Shown: positions 1 through 12,747 of the stretch, one piece after another
Position numbering within the stretch: the first letter of the stretch is position 1
Layout: each line of letters begins with the position of its first letter
Origin: Malacoraja senta
Lineage: Eukaryota
Assembly (NCBI GenBank): GCA_038087875.1
Contig: CM075994.1
Span: forward strand, 11,162,001-11,226,000
Reading direction: 5' to 3'
Length of the DNA: 64,000 nt
Position numbers and translations under genes: made by a program
The notes under the pieces: generated by a model
The model's database searches: none
Seen by the model: only the letters and a program-made list of their open reading frames with translations
What the model was told of the DNA's origin: nothing

Positions 1-9
1 GTAGTAAAT

Positions 10-735
10 ACTGGAAACAATCTACAGAGGGTTCTTGCAGAGCAAGTCCATAGCTCCATGTAAGTGTGAACACAAGCAGATACAGTGATTAAAAGGGTAT
101 ATAGTGTGCATGCCTTCATCGGTGGGGACATTGAATATAAGAGTCAATTTGTAGCTTTATAGAACTGTGGTCAGGCCGCATTTGGACCATTGCATGTAGT
201 TTTGGTCGCTCCATTACAGGCTGGATATGAAGGCTCAGGAGAGGGTGCAGCAGAAGTGGTTCAGAGGAGAATAACTGAATTCGGGTGTAGGAGAGGTTTG
301 ACAAACCTGGACTGATTTCTCTGAAGCAGCAAAGGTTGAAGGAAAAACTTGTAGAAGCACAGAAAAGTGAGAGAGAAATAGATAGGTTCGACAGTTAGGT
401 TTTGTTTACACGCAGGGTGGAAATGTCAACGATTAAAAGGTTTAACTTTATGGTCAGAGGGGGCTATTTTAAAAGAAATGTGCAGGGCAACATTTTGTTT
501 GCACAGAGAGCGGCGAGTGCCTGGAACGCGTTGACAGAGATAGTGGTGTGGAGAGATAATGGGGTTTAAGACTGTGTTGATAGACAGAGGGATATGGTGA
601 GAGATGGAAGGATATGAAGGAATATAGATGGATAGGGAATGAAATGAATCACATAGTGTATGAGGATATTACTTTAACGTGGCATCATGTTCGACACAGA
701 CATTGTTGGCACACGTGCCCGTCCCTGTTCTATAT
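10..735 (+). mobile_element. Old CR1 LINE 3' fragment
   Basis: Degenerate match to the LY..LVRPHL.YCVQFWSP region and the CR1 3' end seen in other copies. Confidence 0.7.
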
Positions 736-789
736 TCGATAGACTTTCAAACATGCCAGTTGTATCTAAAACTAGATAATGTGGGTTTA

Positions 790-2552
790 GGGAAGTTAGT
801 TGGTTTGAAGGTGATCTGAATAACAATTAATCCCACAGAGGCTGATTGTAAAAGTTGGTGGCGTAGCGTTGCTGGTTAGAGAGGAGATTAACGCAATAGA
901 AAGGAATGACATTAGCTAGGATGTGGAAACGATATGGGTAGAGCTGCGAAACACTAAGGGGCAGAAAACGCTAGTGGGAGTTGTGTACAGGCCACCTAAC
1001 AGTAGTAGTGGAGTTAGGGATGGCATCAAACAGGAAATTAGAAATGCGTGCAACAAAGGTAAAACAGTTATAATGGGTGACTTCAATCTACATATAGATT
1101 GGGTGAATCAAATTGGCAGGGGTGCTGAGGAAGAGGATTTCTTGGAATGTATGCGGGATAGTTTTCTAAATCAACATGTAGAGGAACCAACGAGAGAACA
1201 GGCTATTCCAGACCGGATATTGAGTAACGAGGAAGGGTTGGTTAGCAGTCTTGTTGTGCGTGGCCCCTTGGGCAAGAGTGATCATATTATGGTTGAGTTC
1301 TTCATTAGGATGGAGAGTGACATTGTTAATTCAGAAACAAGGGTTCTGAACTTCAAGAAGGATAACTTTGAGGGTATGAGACGTGAATTGGCCAAGATAG
1401 ACTGGCAAGTGATTCTTAAAGGGTTGACGATGGATATGCAATGGAAGGCATTTAAAGACTGCATGGATGAACTACAACAATTGTTCATCCCAGTTTGGCA
1501 AAAGAATAAATCAGGGAAGGTTGCGCATCCGTGGATAACAAGGGAAATCGGGGATAGTATCAAAACAAAAGATGAAGCATACAAATTAGCCAGAAAAAGC
1601 ATCCTACCAGAGGACTGGGAGAAATTCAGTCCAGCAGAGGAGGACAAATGGCTTAATTAGGAAAGGGAAAATAAATTATGGAAAACAACTGGCAGGGAAC
1701 ATAAAAACTGACTGCAAAAGTTTTTATAGATATGTGAAGAGAAAAAGATTAGTTAAAACAAATGTAGGTCCCTTGCAGTCATAAACTGGTGAATTGATCA
1801 TGGGGAACTAGGATATGGCAGACCAATTGAATAACTACTTAGGTTCTGTCTTCACTAAGGAAGACATAAATAATCTGCCGGAAATAGCAGGGGACCGGGG
1901 GTCAAATGAGATGGAGGAATTGAGTGAAATCCCGGTTAGCCGGGAAGTGGTGTTTGGTAAATTGAATGGATTAAAGGCCGATAAATCCCCAGGGCCAGAC
2001 AGGCTGCATCCCAGAGTACTTAAGTACCTAGAGTAGCCTAGAAATAGTGGATGCATTAGTGATAATTTTTCAAACTCTTTAGATTCTGGAGTGGTTCCTG
2101 AGGATTGGAGTGTAGCTAATGTAACCCCACTTTTTAAAAGGGAGGGAGAGAGAAAACGGGAAATTACAGACCAGTTAGTCTAACATCGGTAGTGGGGAAA
2201 ATGCTAGCGTCAGTTATTAAAGATGGGACAGCAGCACATATGGAAAGTGGTGAAATCATTGGACAAATTCAGCATGGATTTATGAAAGGTAACTCATGTC
2301 TGACGAATCTTATAGACTTTTTCGAGGATGTGACTAGTAGAGTGGATAAGGGAGAACCAGTGGATGTGTTATATCTGGACATTCATAAGGATTTCGACAA
2401 GGTCCCACATAAGAGATTAATATGCTTACATAAAGCACACGGTATTGGGGGTTCAGTATTGATGTGAATAGAGAACTGGCTGGCAGATAGGAAGCAAAGT
2501 GCAGGAGTAAATGGGTCCTTTTCAGAATGGCAGGCAGTGACTAGTGGGGTAG
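790..2552 (+). mobile_element. CR1 LINE ORF2 fragment (AP endonuclease to start of RT), frameshifted
   Basis: ORF 923-1660 VGVVYRPP, IMGDFN, LGKSDH; KSPGPD; QHGFMKG.SCLTNL; DVLYLD..K.FDKVPH. Confidence 0.95.
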
Positions 2553-2865
2553 TACTGGGCCTCCTCCATTGCCAGAGTGAAGCCACACACAAACTGAAGG
2601 AACAGCATCTCGTATTCTGTTTGGGTAGCTTACAACCCAATGGTAACCTCGAGCAAACACCACCTCCCCCTCATTTATGCCCCACACCTTCCCCCCTTTC
2701 TCTCCCTCCCCAGTGCACCACCTGGACTCGCACCTATTTCTCTCCACCCCCTCCATTAACATCCCTTCCTCCGGCTTCATAATTCACAACTCGTCAATCC
2801 TTTTGTCTCACACCTTCTGCTTTAACCTCTGCCCATTATGATAACCATCTACCTATCAAAAAAAA
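2553..2865 (+). mobile_element. Penelope-derived (GIY-YIG C-terminal) fragment; related copies at ~6180-6430, 15000-15240, 21950-22505, 55905-56235
   Basis: GLLHCQSEATHKLKEQHLVFCLGSLQPNG motif repeated across these loci. Confidence 0.65.
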
Positions 2866-3360
2866 ACATTGCCTTTGTTCCGTCAGTATTAAGATCGTTT
2901 TGAACAGGCAGAATGCTGCACTTTGCTGGAAGATATTACTTAGAGCGAGGCTAACAATGTAAAATGGTGGAAGCTGGGAAGGGTGCATTTTTTTATTTTT
3001 ATGTTTATTATACAAATACTTTTAATCAAAAAGTAATAATAAACATACAGAGTATTAACATAATCAAAAGTAGTTGTTATTCAGTAAATTCACATTTAAC
3101 ATGGAAGAGTCGTTTAAAGGCCAGTTGATCAAACTGTCCACTTGCTTCCCCCCTCCTCCTCCATCAACACCACCCCCTCCCCCCCCCCCGCTCTTTCCCC
3201 CACTCTACCCCAATCCCGTCTCCCAGCGCGACGGTGTCTACCAGCGGCCGGGCGATGTGGGCCGGCGCCGGACGGGTGTGGGATTTGCGCAGGTGGGCGG
3301 GCGGGGTTGGGGTGGCCGCGGGTACGGGGCAGGCTCTGACTAAACTCCGCTTTCCCGCAG

Positions 3361-3579
3361 ATCCAGCGGGCCATGGCGCGTGAGCCGGCGGCCGCAGCGC
3401 TGGTGATCGCCCATCGGCTGAAGACAGTGCAGCGGGCGGACAGGATCGTGGTGCTGGAGGGCGGCCGTGTGGTGGAACGGGGCACTCACCATCAGCTGAT
3501 GGAGCTCGGCGGCTGCTACTCCCGCATGGTGCTGCGGAAGTTCACCAACGGGGAGCAGGGAGCGACCGGGGGGGAGTAG
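3361..3579 (+). pseudogene. TAP2: Second, inverted copy of the TAP2 terminal exon; no upstream TAP2 exon in 1-3360
   Basis: Near-identical to 17842-18060 (GEQG vs GERG). Acceptor tttcccgcag ends at 3360. Confidence 0.85.
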
Positions 3580-3849
3580 GGGTAGGGACACAGGGAGAGA
3601 GAGAGTGGGGAGACAGAGAGGGGACGGAGGGAGGGAGAAGGGGGGCAATGAGGGAGGAAGAGAATGAGTGGGGCGGGGAAACAAGGAGGGACAGGGTGGG
3701 CAGTTGGGGTGGAAGGGAGAGAGTGAAGAGGTAGTTGAGGGTCATGGAAAGTGTGATGGAGAAGGAGAGAGATGTTGATAGTGCAGACCGAGGAGAGAGA
3801 GGGGGGGGGGTAGTGAGTCAGCGAGTTAGATGAGGGAGAATGAGGGCGG

Positions 3850-4735
3850 AGAAGTTAGTGGTTTTTGCAGATAGTGAAGATGGTTGTGAACGATTGCAGC
3901 AGGATCTAGATCGATTGGCCAGGTGGGCTGAGGAAAGGATGATGGAATTTAATGCAGAGAAGTGTGAGGTGTTGCATTTTGGGACGTCGAACAAGGGCAG
4001 AACCTACACAGTAAATGGTAGGCCTCTGGGTAGTGTTGTAGAGCAGAGGGATCTAGGAGTACAGGTGCATGGTTCCATGAAAGTCGAGTCGCGGGTAGAT
4101 AAGGTGGTCAAAAAGCTTTTGGCACTTTGGTCTTCATTAGTCAGAGTATTGAGTATAAGAGTTGGGAGGTCATGTTGCAGTTGTATAAGAAGTTGGTGAG
4201 ACCGCATTTAGAAAATTGAGTTCAGTTCAGGGCACCATGTTATGGGAAAGATATTGTCAAGCTGGAAAGGGTTCAGAAAAGATTTACGAGGATGTTGCCA
4301 GGACTAGAGGGTGTGATCTATAGGGAGAGGTTGAGTAGGCTGGGTCTCTATTCCATGGAGCGTAGGAGGATGAGGGGAGATCTTATAGAGGTGTATAAAA
4401 TCATGAGAGGAATAGATCGGGTAGATGCACAGAGTCTTTTACCCAGAGTAGGGGAATCGAGGATCAGAGGATATAGGTTCAAGGTGAAGGGGAATAGATT
4501 TAATAGGAATCTGAGAAGCAACTTTTTCACACAGAGGGAGGTGGGTGTATAGAACAAGCCAGAGGAAGTAATTGAGGCTGGGACTATCCCATCGTATAAG
4601 AAACAGTTGGACAGGTACATGGATAGGACAGGTTTGGAGGGTTATGGACCAAGCGCGGGCAAGTGGGGCTAGGGTAGCTGGGACATTGTTGGCCGGAGTG
4701 GGCGAATTGGGCTGAAGGGCCTGTTTCCACACTAT
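3850..4735 (+). mobile_element. CR1 LINE 3' fragment (mirrored at 16690-17575)
   Basis: LQQDLDRL..WA, FNAEKCEVLHFG, RRRMRGDLIEVYKIMRG, FFTQR. Confidence 0.95.
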
Positions 4736-7039
4736 TAATCTATGGCTATGACTATTGAGTGAGGGGGGATAGTGAGTGTGGGGATTGTGGGGGGGTGGAG
4801 GGGGAGGGGATAGCGAGGGGGCAGATAGTGAGGGTGAGGAGGGGGAGGGGTGGAAAGCGAGTGAATGGACGGAAGGGAAGGTGACAGTTGGGAAAGTGAG
4901 TGGGTGTGGTGTGTGTGGGTGGTGAGTGTGGGGAGGGTGGGTGGTGAGTGAGGGGAGGGTGGGTGGTGAGTGAGGGGAGGGTGGGTGGTGAGTGCGGGGA
5001 AGGGATGGGGTGAGTGTGTGGAGGGAAGGGGGAGTGAGTGTGTGGGATGGGGAGGGGAGGGGAGGGGGTCGTGCATCCGCCAGTGCAGGGTCTGGGCGCC
5101 CCAGTTTTCAGCGCCCACTTCCAGTTTAATTCCACTTCAGTGCAATAAACGAGATTTTCACTTAAACTGGTTTCTGGTTTGAGCTCATTTGTAGACTCTC
5201 ACAGTGACCAGAGGGCGTCTGTCTGTAGGTCTCTCTCCGTCCCTCTTTCTCCCCACCCCCCTCTCTCTCTGTCTCTATCTCCCCCGCCCCCCCTCTCTAT
5301 CTTTCTCTTCCTCCCTTTCTCTGTGTCTGTTCACGCTCCCTCCATCCCGGCCTCTCCATCTCTCTCCCCTCCACTGCAACCCACTCCCACCGCCGGGGAG
5401 CGGTCACCCCCGCCCCTCGCTGAGCGGGTCAGCCCGGAGGTGGAGGGTTTGGTGCGTGGAGGCTCATTGGCCGAGGCTGCTGCCGGGGCCGGAATCCGTC
5501 CACCCCCATATATACCGGGTGCTGCGATCTGGACTCAGCAAGTCGAGCAGCATCTGTGGGGGAGACTTCTGGGATGGTTTGTGCCGAGACACAGCACCGG
5601 GACTGGGAACGCGAAAAAAGTCAATGTGTACTGGAGTAACTCAGTGGATCAGACGGCATCTGTGGAGAAGGTGGATAGGCGACCTTCAAGAGACTTATTG
5701 AGACTGATAGTGATGCTGGTGGTTGTGGTGGTGGGGTGGGGGGGGAGCTGGAAGAGGAGAAGGGCTGGACAAAAGTCTGGCGAGTGATAGGTGGGTACCG
5801 GGGAGACAGATATTTTTGATTAGCAAATGGTTGGATAAAGGCCAGAGATGAAAGTGTGAGATATGAAACATAGAAAACAGGTGCAGGAGGAGGCCATTCG
5901 GCCCACCGAGCAAGCACCGCCATTTATTGCGATCATGGCTGATCGTCCCCAATCAATAACCCGTGCCTGCCTTCTCCCCATATCCCTTGATACCACTAGC
6001 CCCTAGAGCTCTGATGGGAGAAATGTGAAGCCAGACGATGGGATATAGGTTGTGGCGGGTGGCCGGGGGGCGGGGGGCGGTAGAGAAGGGGATAAATGGG
6101 TGCAAACCCAAGTGGAATACAGGCAAGAGAGGCGCGGATGGGCGAAGGGAGGGATGTACATTAGTTACTTAAAATGGAGAATTTAATGTTGTAAGCTATC
6201 TAAGCGTATGGCCTCACTCTGGTAATGGAGGAGGCACAGAACAGAAAAGTCAGTGTGGGAATGGGAAGGGGAGGTAAGATGGGAGATCCAGCAGACCTGG
6301 ACAGACCGAGCGCAAGTGTTGGAGTAAACGGTCGCCTGCCCAACACTTGTTGACGATGTGAAGGAGTAAACTTGGAGGAAACTGGAGGAAACTGGAGGAA
6401 CAGCATCTCGTGTTCATTTAGATACATTACAATCTGTCGGCAATTATCAAATTGTAGGTAATAGCATAAATATAACTAGAGTGAATGGATGATCGATGTT
6501 CGGTACAAATTCGGTGGGCCGAAGGGCCTGTTTCTATGCGGTATCTCGAAAGGTAACTAAATTACAAACAAACCCCTTCTTCTCCTTGCTCCCCCCTTGT
6601 CCCACCTGCATTCCCCTCCCCGGCACCTTCCACTTTTATTCCTTCCTCAGGCTTCTGAATGCGTTCCTCCTTATCTCACACATTTTTCTCTTTACATCTC
6701 TGTCCAACCATTCACCTGCCAAAACGCCTCACCCCCACCTTTATCGCTATAATTTATCCTATCCTCATCTCTCTTCCAGCCCCCACCCCCCCCCCCCTCC
6801 ACCACCACAATCAGTCTGAAGAAGGGTCCCCGACCAGAAATATCACCTATCCATATTCTCCACAGATGCTGCCTGACCCGCTCAGTTACTCCAGCACTAA
6901 GTGTCTTGATATGTAAACCAGCATCTGCAGTTCCTCGTGTCTCGGCCGGTCCGCAATGGGATCCGGATGGGTTACCGCGCCGCTGACAGCTCCGGTTCTT
7001 TGGTGAGATTCATCCACGTTACCTCTGGCGCCCGGCATG

Positions 7040-7255
7040 TTAGCGCAGCGGCAGAGTTGCTGCCTCACAGCGCCGGGTTCAGAGTCCTGACTACAGGTGC
7101 TGTCTGTACGGGGGTTGTACGTTCTTCCCGTGATATCTCCAGGTTTTCTCCCGGATATCGGTTTCCTCCCACACTCCAAAGACGTGCGGGTTTGTATGTT
7201 AAATGGTTTGGTAAAATTGTAAATTGTCCTTCGTGTGATCGCTGGTCGGTGCGAT
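7040..7255 (+). mobile_element. tRNA-derived SINE (HE1/V-SINE-like), partial
   Basis: gcagcggcagagttgctgcctcacagcgcc head and ggtgctgtctgtacgg core shared with many copies in the window. Confidence 0.75.
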
Positions 7256-7539
7256 ACTCTACTCCAAACTTAGTCTCGATGCATTTCACCATTGTGTGAA
7301 AACGGTACTCCTCATGTTCTTATTAACCCCCCCCCCCCCAAGAGCCTCGATGCGTCTACCCGATCTATTCCTCGCGATCAATTCCATGGACTTTACAATT
7401 TCCCGGTGGGTCACCGTGAGGTTGTGTGATTGACAATTCCTCCGCTCCTGCGGCGGCCGGACGATTCCCAGGATAAACCTGCGCCGTGTCTGCTCCCGGG
7501 ATCAACCGGCGCCGATTTTGCTCTGGGATAAACCGACTG

Positions 7540-7960
7540 AATGCAGGTGGGATTCAGTGCCAGTGGTCCTGACAGAGGTGGGATTCAGTGCCAGTGGTCC
7601 TGACAGGGGTGGGATTCATTGCCAGTGGTCCGGACAGATGTGGGATTCATTGCCAGTGGTCCGGACAGATGTGGGATTCAGTGCCAGTGGTCCGGACAGA
7701 GGTGGGATTCAGTGCCAGTGGTCAGGACAGAGGTGGAATTCGGTGCCAGTGGTCCGAACAGAGGTGGCTCCAGTGCCAGTGAACTGAATATACGTGGGTC
7801 CAGTGACAGTCCAGACAGAGGTGGGCCCAGTGCCAGAGGTGCGGACTGGCTCCAGTGCCAGTGTACTGGGCAGACGTATGCCCAGTGCCAGTGGACTGGG
7901 CATAGTTATGGTCCATTGCCAGTGGGCTGGACAGAGTGTCCTGCGCTAGTGGACTACATG
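7540..7960. repeat. 31-bp minisatellite
   Basis: gtgggattcagtgccagtggtccggacagag repeated at ~31-nt period, degenerating to the right. Confidence 0.9.
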
Positions 7961-8104
7961 GAACAGTACAGCACAGGAACAGGCTCTTTGGTCCCCAATG
8001 ACTCTGCTGAACAAGAGCCAAGTTAAACTAATCTTTGCTGGTACATGATCTTTCTACCTCCATTCCTTGCATATATATGATGGCAAACGACTAGCCATAT
8101 TCAT

Positions 8105-8410
8105 GGCGGTGACAGTGGCGCAGCCGTAGAGTTGCTGCCTTACAGCGCCGGAGACCCTGGATCAATCCCGACCACGTGTGCTGTCTGTACGGAGTCTGTA
8201 CGTTCTCCCCGTGACCGCGTGGGTATTCTCCAAAATCTACCCATCCTCCCATACTCCATAGACATACGGGTGTGCAGGTTAATTGGCTTGGTATAATTGT
8301 AATTGTCCCTGGTGTGTGTAGGATCGTGTTAGTGTGCGGGGATCGCTGGTCGGTTTGGACTTGATGGGCCGAAGGGTCTTTTTGCGCAATGTATCTATAA
8401 ACTAAACGCA
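8105..8410 (+). mobile_element. tRNA-derived SINE (HE1-like), near full length
   Basis: tRNA-like head (gtggcgcagccgta ... ggatcaatccc) and (ctaaa)n-type tail. Confidence 0.8.
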
Positions 8411-9502
8411 ACCAAAGGCCATTGGTTTAAGGACAGGGATAAGAGGTGAGAGGTGATGAGGTTCATGAACCAACCTACGCAACCCAGACATTATCTCAGT
8501 AATGGAACTCGACAGCCCATCTCTTCACTACCATGGCCTTGTTTATTTTTCTAATTATGATTTTGAACTAATATCTTGTTTATTTTTCTTTCATAAATAT
8601 TATGTGTAATGTGCATAATCTGATTTTGTGTGTTGTCTTTGTCGATGTGTATGTGAGCAAGGTTTCATTGTACCTCTATCACCCTCACCATCGCCCATCC
8701 TGCCCTAGCCTGTCCCCTACCACTACCCCACTCATCATCCCTCACCTCTCCCACCACCCCACACCTGTCCCAGCCTGTCCTCTAACATTGACCCCCTCAC
8801 CGTCCCGCCCACCACCCCATACCTGCCTCTCATTCTACCCCACCACCCCCCCCCCCGCACTGCCTGCTACCTTTCTACATGGACCCCCCCCTCCTCTACT
8901 GCCCACCATCCCCCTCCGGCCATTTTAGTCTGTTTTATTACCATCACGGGCACTGAGGTACTGTGAATAACTTTCGTGTGTGTGCTCTCCAGTCAATGAA
9001 ACGACTATACTGTACATTAATATAATCAATCGGTGCACAGATGCAGGATAAAGAGAACAGCTAGTACAGAATCCCCCCTCACCCCATTGCCCACTTCCCT
9101 GCCCCGGTACCTATTCCCCTCCCCCTTTGATCCTCCGCCCCCTCACCCTTTGTCCCTCTCCCCTAACCCCATGTCCTCTCACCCCTTGTCCCCTTAACCT
9201 TTGTCCTCTCTTCCTCCCACCCTTGTCTCCTCTACCCCATGACCGTCATGCACGTCCCATGCCATCACTCCCCCCTACCCATCTCTCCCTCACCTCTCCC
9301 CTCTCTTCAACTCTTCCCTTCCCACTCGCCCCCTCTCGACCCCAATCTCCCCTCCCCATCTCCCCCTCCCGTCCTCCCCCCTCTCCCTCCCCGTATCCTC
9401 TTCCCTACCACCCCCCCCTCCCCTGCCCCCTCCGGCTCCCCCCTCTTTTACATACCCTCTCTTCCCTCTACCTCCCCTTCTCTCCCCTCTCGCTCCCCCT
9501 CT

Positions 9503-11000
9503 TTCAGAAAGTATTTGATAAGGTCCCACATTGGAGATTAGTGAGCAACACGAGGGCACATGGTATTGCGGGTAGACTGCTGATGGATAGAAAATTGGTT
9601 GGCAGACAGGAAACAAAGAGTAGGGATTAACGGTTCCCTTTCAGAATGGCAGACAGTGACTAGTGGGGTACCGCAAGTTTCGGTGCTGGGACCGCAGATA
9701 TTTACGATATAAATTAATGATCGAGATGAAGGGGTTCAAAGTAACATTAGCAAATTTGCAGATGACACAAAGCTGGGTGGCAGTGTGAGCTGTTAGGAGG
9801 ATGCTATGAGAATGCAGGGTGACTTGGACAGGTTGGGTGAGTGGGCAGATGCATGGCGGATGCAGTTTAGTGTGGATAAATGTGAGGTTATCCACTTTGG
9901 TAACAAAAACAGGAAGGCAGATTATTATCTAAATGGTGCCAATTTGGGAAAAGGGGAAGTACAACGGGATCTGGGGGTTCTTGTTCATCAGTCAATGAAA
10001 GTAAGCATTGCAGGTACAGCAGGCAGTGAAGAAAGCGAATGGCATATTGGACTTCATAACAAGAGGTGTTGAATATTGGAGCAAAGAGGACCTTATGCAG
10101 TTGTATAGGGCCCTAGTGAGACCACACCTGGAGTATTGTGTGCAGTTTTGGTCCCCTAATTTGAGGAAGGACATTCTTGCTATTGAGGGAGTGCAGCTTA
10201 GGTTTACATGGTTAATTCCCGGGATGGCGGGACTGTCATATGCTGAGAGAATGGAGCAGCTGGGCTTGTACGCCGGGGCTCTAACACCAAGACCCGGTGC
10301 GCGACCTTGCATCGCCCGGCGTGGCTTTAATGGCCGCGGGATAATCACCATCGCCCGCCGGGGGCTTTGACTTTGACTCTGACATCGGGGGGGGGGGGGG
10401 GGAGTGCAGTGGAGCGATACGTTTTTTTTGCCTTGCAGCGCTGTGATGGATGGATGTGTAAATTGTGTTTGTGTCTCGGGTCTTCTTCGTTTTGTAATGT
10501 ATGGCTGCAGAAACGACATTTCGTTTGGACCTCAACGGGGTCCAAATGACAAATAAATTGTATTGTATTGTATTGTATTGCATTGTTGTACACTCTGGAG
10601 TTTAGACGGATGAGAGCTGATGTTATTGAAACATATAAGATTATAAAGGGTTTGGACACGCTAGAGGCAGGAAACATGTTCCCGATGTTGGGGGAGTCCA
10701 GAACCAGGGGCCGCAGTTTAAGAATAAGGAGTAGGCCATTTAGAACGAAAATGCGGAAACACTTTTTTCACACAGAGAGTTGTGAGTCTGTAGAATTGTC
10801 TGCCTCAGAGGGCAGTGGAGGCTGGTTCTCTGGATACTTTCAAGAGAGAGCTAGATAGGGCTCTTAAAGATAGCGGGTTCAGGGGATATGGGGTGAAGGC
10901 AGGAACGGGGTACTGATTGGGGATGATCAGCCATGATCACGTTGAATGGCGGTGCTGGCTCGAAGGGCCGAATGGCCTACTCCTGCACCTATTGTCTATT
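9503..11000 (+). mobile_element. CR1 LINE 3' half, interrupted at 10272-10585
   Basis: FDKVPH, VTSGV, FADDTK, LVRPHLEYCVQFWSP, and 3' end gaatggcctactcctgcacctattgtctatt. Confidence 0.95.
10272..10585 (+). mobile_element. Nested 5'-truncated retroposon with (tattg)n tail
   Basis: aataaa then (tgtat)n. ttgtac is duplicated on both sides (10266-10271, 10586-10591). Confidence 0.65.
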
Positions 11001-11260
11001 GTCTGCCTTTCTCCCTCTCCCCTCACCCTCCCCCGCCCCCCCCCCCCACTCTTCCCCTCTCTCCCTCCATCTCTCCACCCCCTCTCCCCTCCCCCTCCCC
11101 CTCTCCCCTCCCCCTCTCCCCTCCCCCTCTCCCCTCCCCCTCCCCCTCCCCCTCCCACCTCCCCCCTCCCCCTCTCCCCTCCCCCTCTCCCCTCCCCCTC
11201 TCCCCCGCCTCCTCTCCCCTCCCCCTCTCCCCTCCCCCTCTCCACTCCCCCACGCTACCA

Positions 11261-11400
11261 GAGGATATCCACCGGTTTCACCTTCGCTGCGAAGCTGCAG
11301 CGGGGCGCGGGTTCCAGCCGTGGCGCTGGCCAATGGGAGCAGAGCGCGGCTGTGAGTCAGCAGTTGCTGGGTAGAGCGAGGCTGAACAGATTGAGTTTCT
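11261..11400 (+). promoter_or_regulatory. Degenerate copy of the promoter-like module
   Basis: Same sequence with kB changed to GAGGATATCC and putative donor changed to cag|attgag. CCAAT and TGAGTCA retained. Confidence 0.45.
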
Positions 11401-12385
11401 GTCTATGGATAACCCCGCCGCCGCTGCTGCTGATGCTGCCGCCTAAAGGCCGCAGTGGACTGAATGCACAAGATGGACACAAATTACTGGAGTAACTCAG
11501 CGGGACAGGCAGCATTTCTGGAGAGCAGGAATGGGTCCATTTCCCTCCCCACTCACCCCTTAACCCCTCTCTCCCCTCCCCGCTCTACTGTCATCCCTGC
11601 CCCATGCCCTCGCTCTCCCTCTCCCTCTCACCCATTCCCTTCTCCCCCATTTCCCTCCCCCTCTAACCTCCCCAACTCCCCACCCCTTTCCGTCTCCGCT
11701 CTCCTCTCCCCTCCCCTTTCCCTCCCTCTCCCCTCCCCTCCCCTGTCCTCTCTCCCCCCTCCCCTCTACCCTACCACTCTCCACCCCACTCCCCCACTCA
11801 TCCTCTCCCCTTTACCTCTGCGCCATCTCCCCTTCCCTCTCCCGTCCCCCCTCCCCCCCCTGTCCTCCCCCTCTCTCTTCTCCCTCCCCCTCTCCCCTCC
11901 CCTTCCCCTCTCCCCCCCCACTCTCCCTCCCCTCTGCCCTTCCCCTCTGCCCCCTTCCCGGTCCACCTCTCCCTTCCTCTCAGCTCCCCCTCTTCCCACA
12001 CCTTCCCCTCTCTCCTGTCCCCTCACTCTCTCTCAACTCCCCTCCCACTCTCCTCTCCCCTCCCGCTCCCCCCTCCCCCCTCCTCCTCCTTACCTTCTCC
12101 CTCCTCCTTTCTCTCTCCCCCTCTCCACTCTCCACCTCTCCCTCCCACTCTCCTCTCCCCTTTCCCTCCCCTCTCTCCCCACCCCCTATACTCCACCCCT
12201 CTCCCCTCCTCTCAGCCCCTCTCCCCACTCCTACCCCTCTCTCCTCTCCCCTCCCCCTCTCACCCTCTCCCCTCCCCCTCTCCCCTCCCCCTCTCACCCT
12301 CTCCCCTCCCCCTCTCACCCTCTCCCCTCCCCCTCTCTCCTCCCCCTCTCTCCTCCCCCTCTCCCTTCTCCCCCCCACGCTATCA

Positions 12386-12520
12386 GGGGATTTCCACCGG
12401 TTTCACCTTCGCTGCGAAGCTGCAGCGGGGCGGGGCTGCCAGCCGTGGCGCTGGCCAATGGGAGCAGAGCGCGGCAGTGAGTCAGCAGTTGCTGGGTAGA
12501 GCGAGCCTGAACAGGTTGAG
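12386..12520 (+). promoter_or_regulatory. Immune-inducible promoter-like module (best-preserved copy)
   Basis: GGGGATTTCC (NF-kB) 12386-12395; GGTTTCACCTTC (ISRE-like) 12399-12410; GGGGCGGGG 12427-12435; CCAAT 12455-12459; TGAGTCA (AP-1) 12478-12484; possible donor cag|gttgag at 12515. Confidence 0.6.
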
Positions 12521-12747
12521 TTTCTGTCTCTGGATAACCCCGCCCCCGCTGCCGCTGCTGCTGCTGCCGCCTAAAGGCAGTGCACACTCCTTCTATTCAG
12601 TCCGCAGTGGACACCATATTCTGGAGTAACTCAGCGGGACAGGCAGCATCTCTGAAGAGAATGAATGGGTCCATTCCCGTGAGATGCTGCTTGTCCGTTG
12701 AGTTACTCCAGCATTTTGTGTCTATCTTCGGTTTAAACCAGCATCTT

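Larger units (their letters stand above)
3156..7154 (+). repeat. Left arm of a ~4 kb inverted duplication (partner 14276-18271)
   Basis: Continuous reverse-complement identity across the TAP2 last exon, a CR1 fragment and unique flank. Mirrored ORFs in the track, e.g. 6496-6819(+) and 14609-14932(-). Confidence 0.95.

Noticed and set aside
923..1660. 245-aa endonuclease ORF as a host gene or active element
   Set aside because: Part of a frameshifted, truncated CR1 ORF2.
7540..7960. CRISPR-like regular repeats (also 20030-20440, 20765-21410, 25755-26050)
   Set aside because: Units are head-to-tail with no unique spacers and no cas genes, in a eukaryotic context: minisatellites.
8105..8180. 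tRNA genes at SINE heads
   Set aside because: The tRNA-like heads continue into the shared SINE body and tail; no clean cloverleaf or terminator.
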